The notes beneath the pieces are model-generated. The model was not told the DNA's origin, searched no databases, and worked only from the letters and a program-made list of their open reading frames with translations. Positions 63,724 to 64,000 of a stretch of DNA of 64,000 nt are shown in pieces. Source of the stretch: Chara braunii (Eukaryota > Plantae > Charophyceae); contig BFEA01000031.1 of the NCBI GenBank assembly GCA_003427395.1, positions 683,753 through 747,752 on the forward strand. The letters run 5' to 3'. Numbering within the stretch: the first letter of the stretch is position 1; every line of letters starts with the position of its first letter. The position numbers and the translations under genes are program-made.

Positions 63724-63918
63724 TTCTTCAAAATCTCTCATGACTCACGGCTTATGTCAAGTGCAATCGAATTAATTTGGATTGGTCTACATGTGAGAAG
63801 GACTACTTTTTTAGCGCATGAGTGTAGCTTGCATGATATTGTTGTGAGAGGTTCTCGTCACAGACTGGGTTTATTACAAGGGCTGTGTTGGACTATACCT
63901 ACCTCAAGGCAGTATCGA

Positions 63919-63969
<51 letters not shown>

Positions 63970-64000
63970 GTAGACAATGAAAAGCAGTAGCACTGAATTC

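Noticed and set aside
62176-64000. Host exon or gene
   Set aside because: Only short ORFs without motifs. Splice-like sites alone are not enough, although a small exon cannot be excluded.

Overview
Eukaryotic, gap-containing, repeat-dominated DNA with no intact host protein-coding gene. The plant-type U6 sequence, (CT)n/(AG)n tracts and transposon content suggest a green plant or streptophyte alga such as Chara (inference only). It holds five decayed L1/Tx1-like LINEs (EN-RT-zf-RVT), one nearly intact at ~40.9-47.3 kb. It also holds a Penelope-like retroelement with permuted domains (zinc-knuckle/SAP ORF1, N-terminal GIY-YIG, then RT), with ~1.2 kb terminal direct repeats that each carry a hammerhead ribozyme, flanked by (CT)n and interrupted by a hAT-like TIR element. 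Further features are a TTAA-flanked TIR pair at 21.5-30.6 kb, a 3'-truncated U6 copy, tRNA-like SINE heads and about 16 copies of a double-hairpin motif linked to LINE 3' ends. The least explained feature is a pair of diverged, oppositely oriented multi-kb non-coding elements (~4.0-8.9 kb and ~24-30 kb). They share conserved blocks and splice-site-like motifs, and each has an array of hairpins presenting the same UAAGU loop. All coordinates were read by eye, and element boundaries are approximate.
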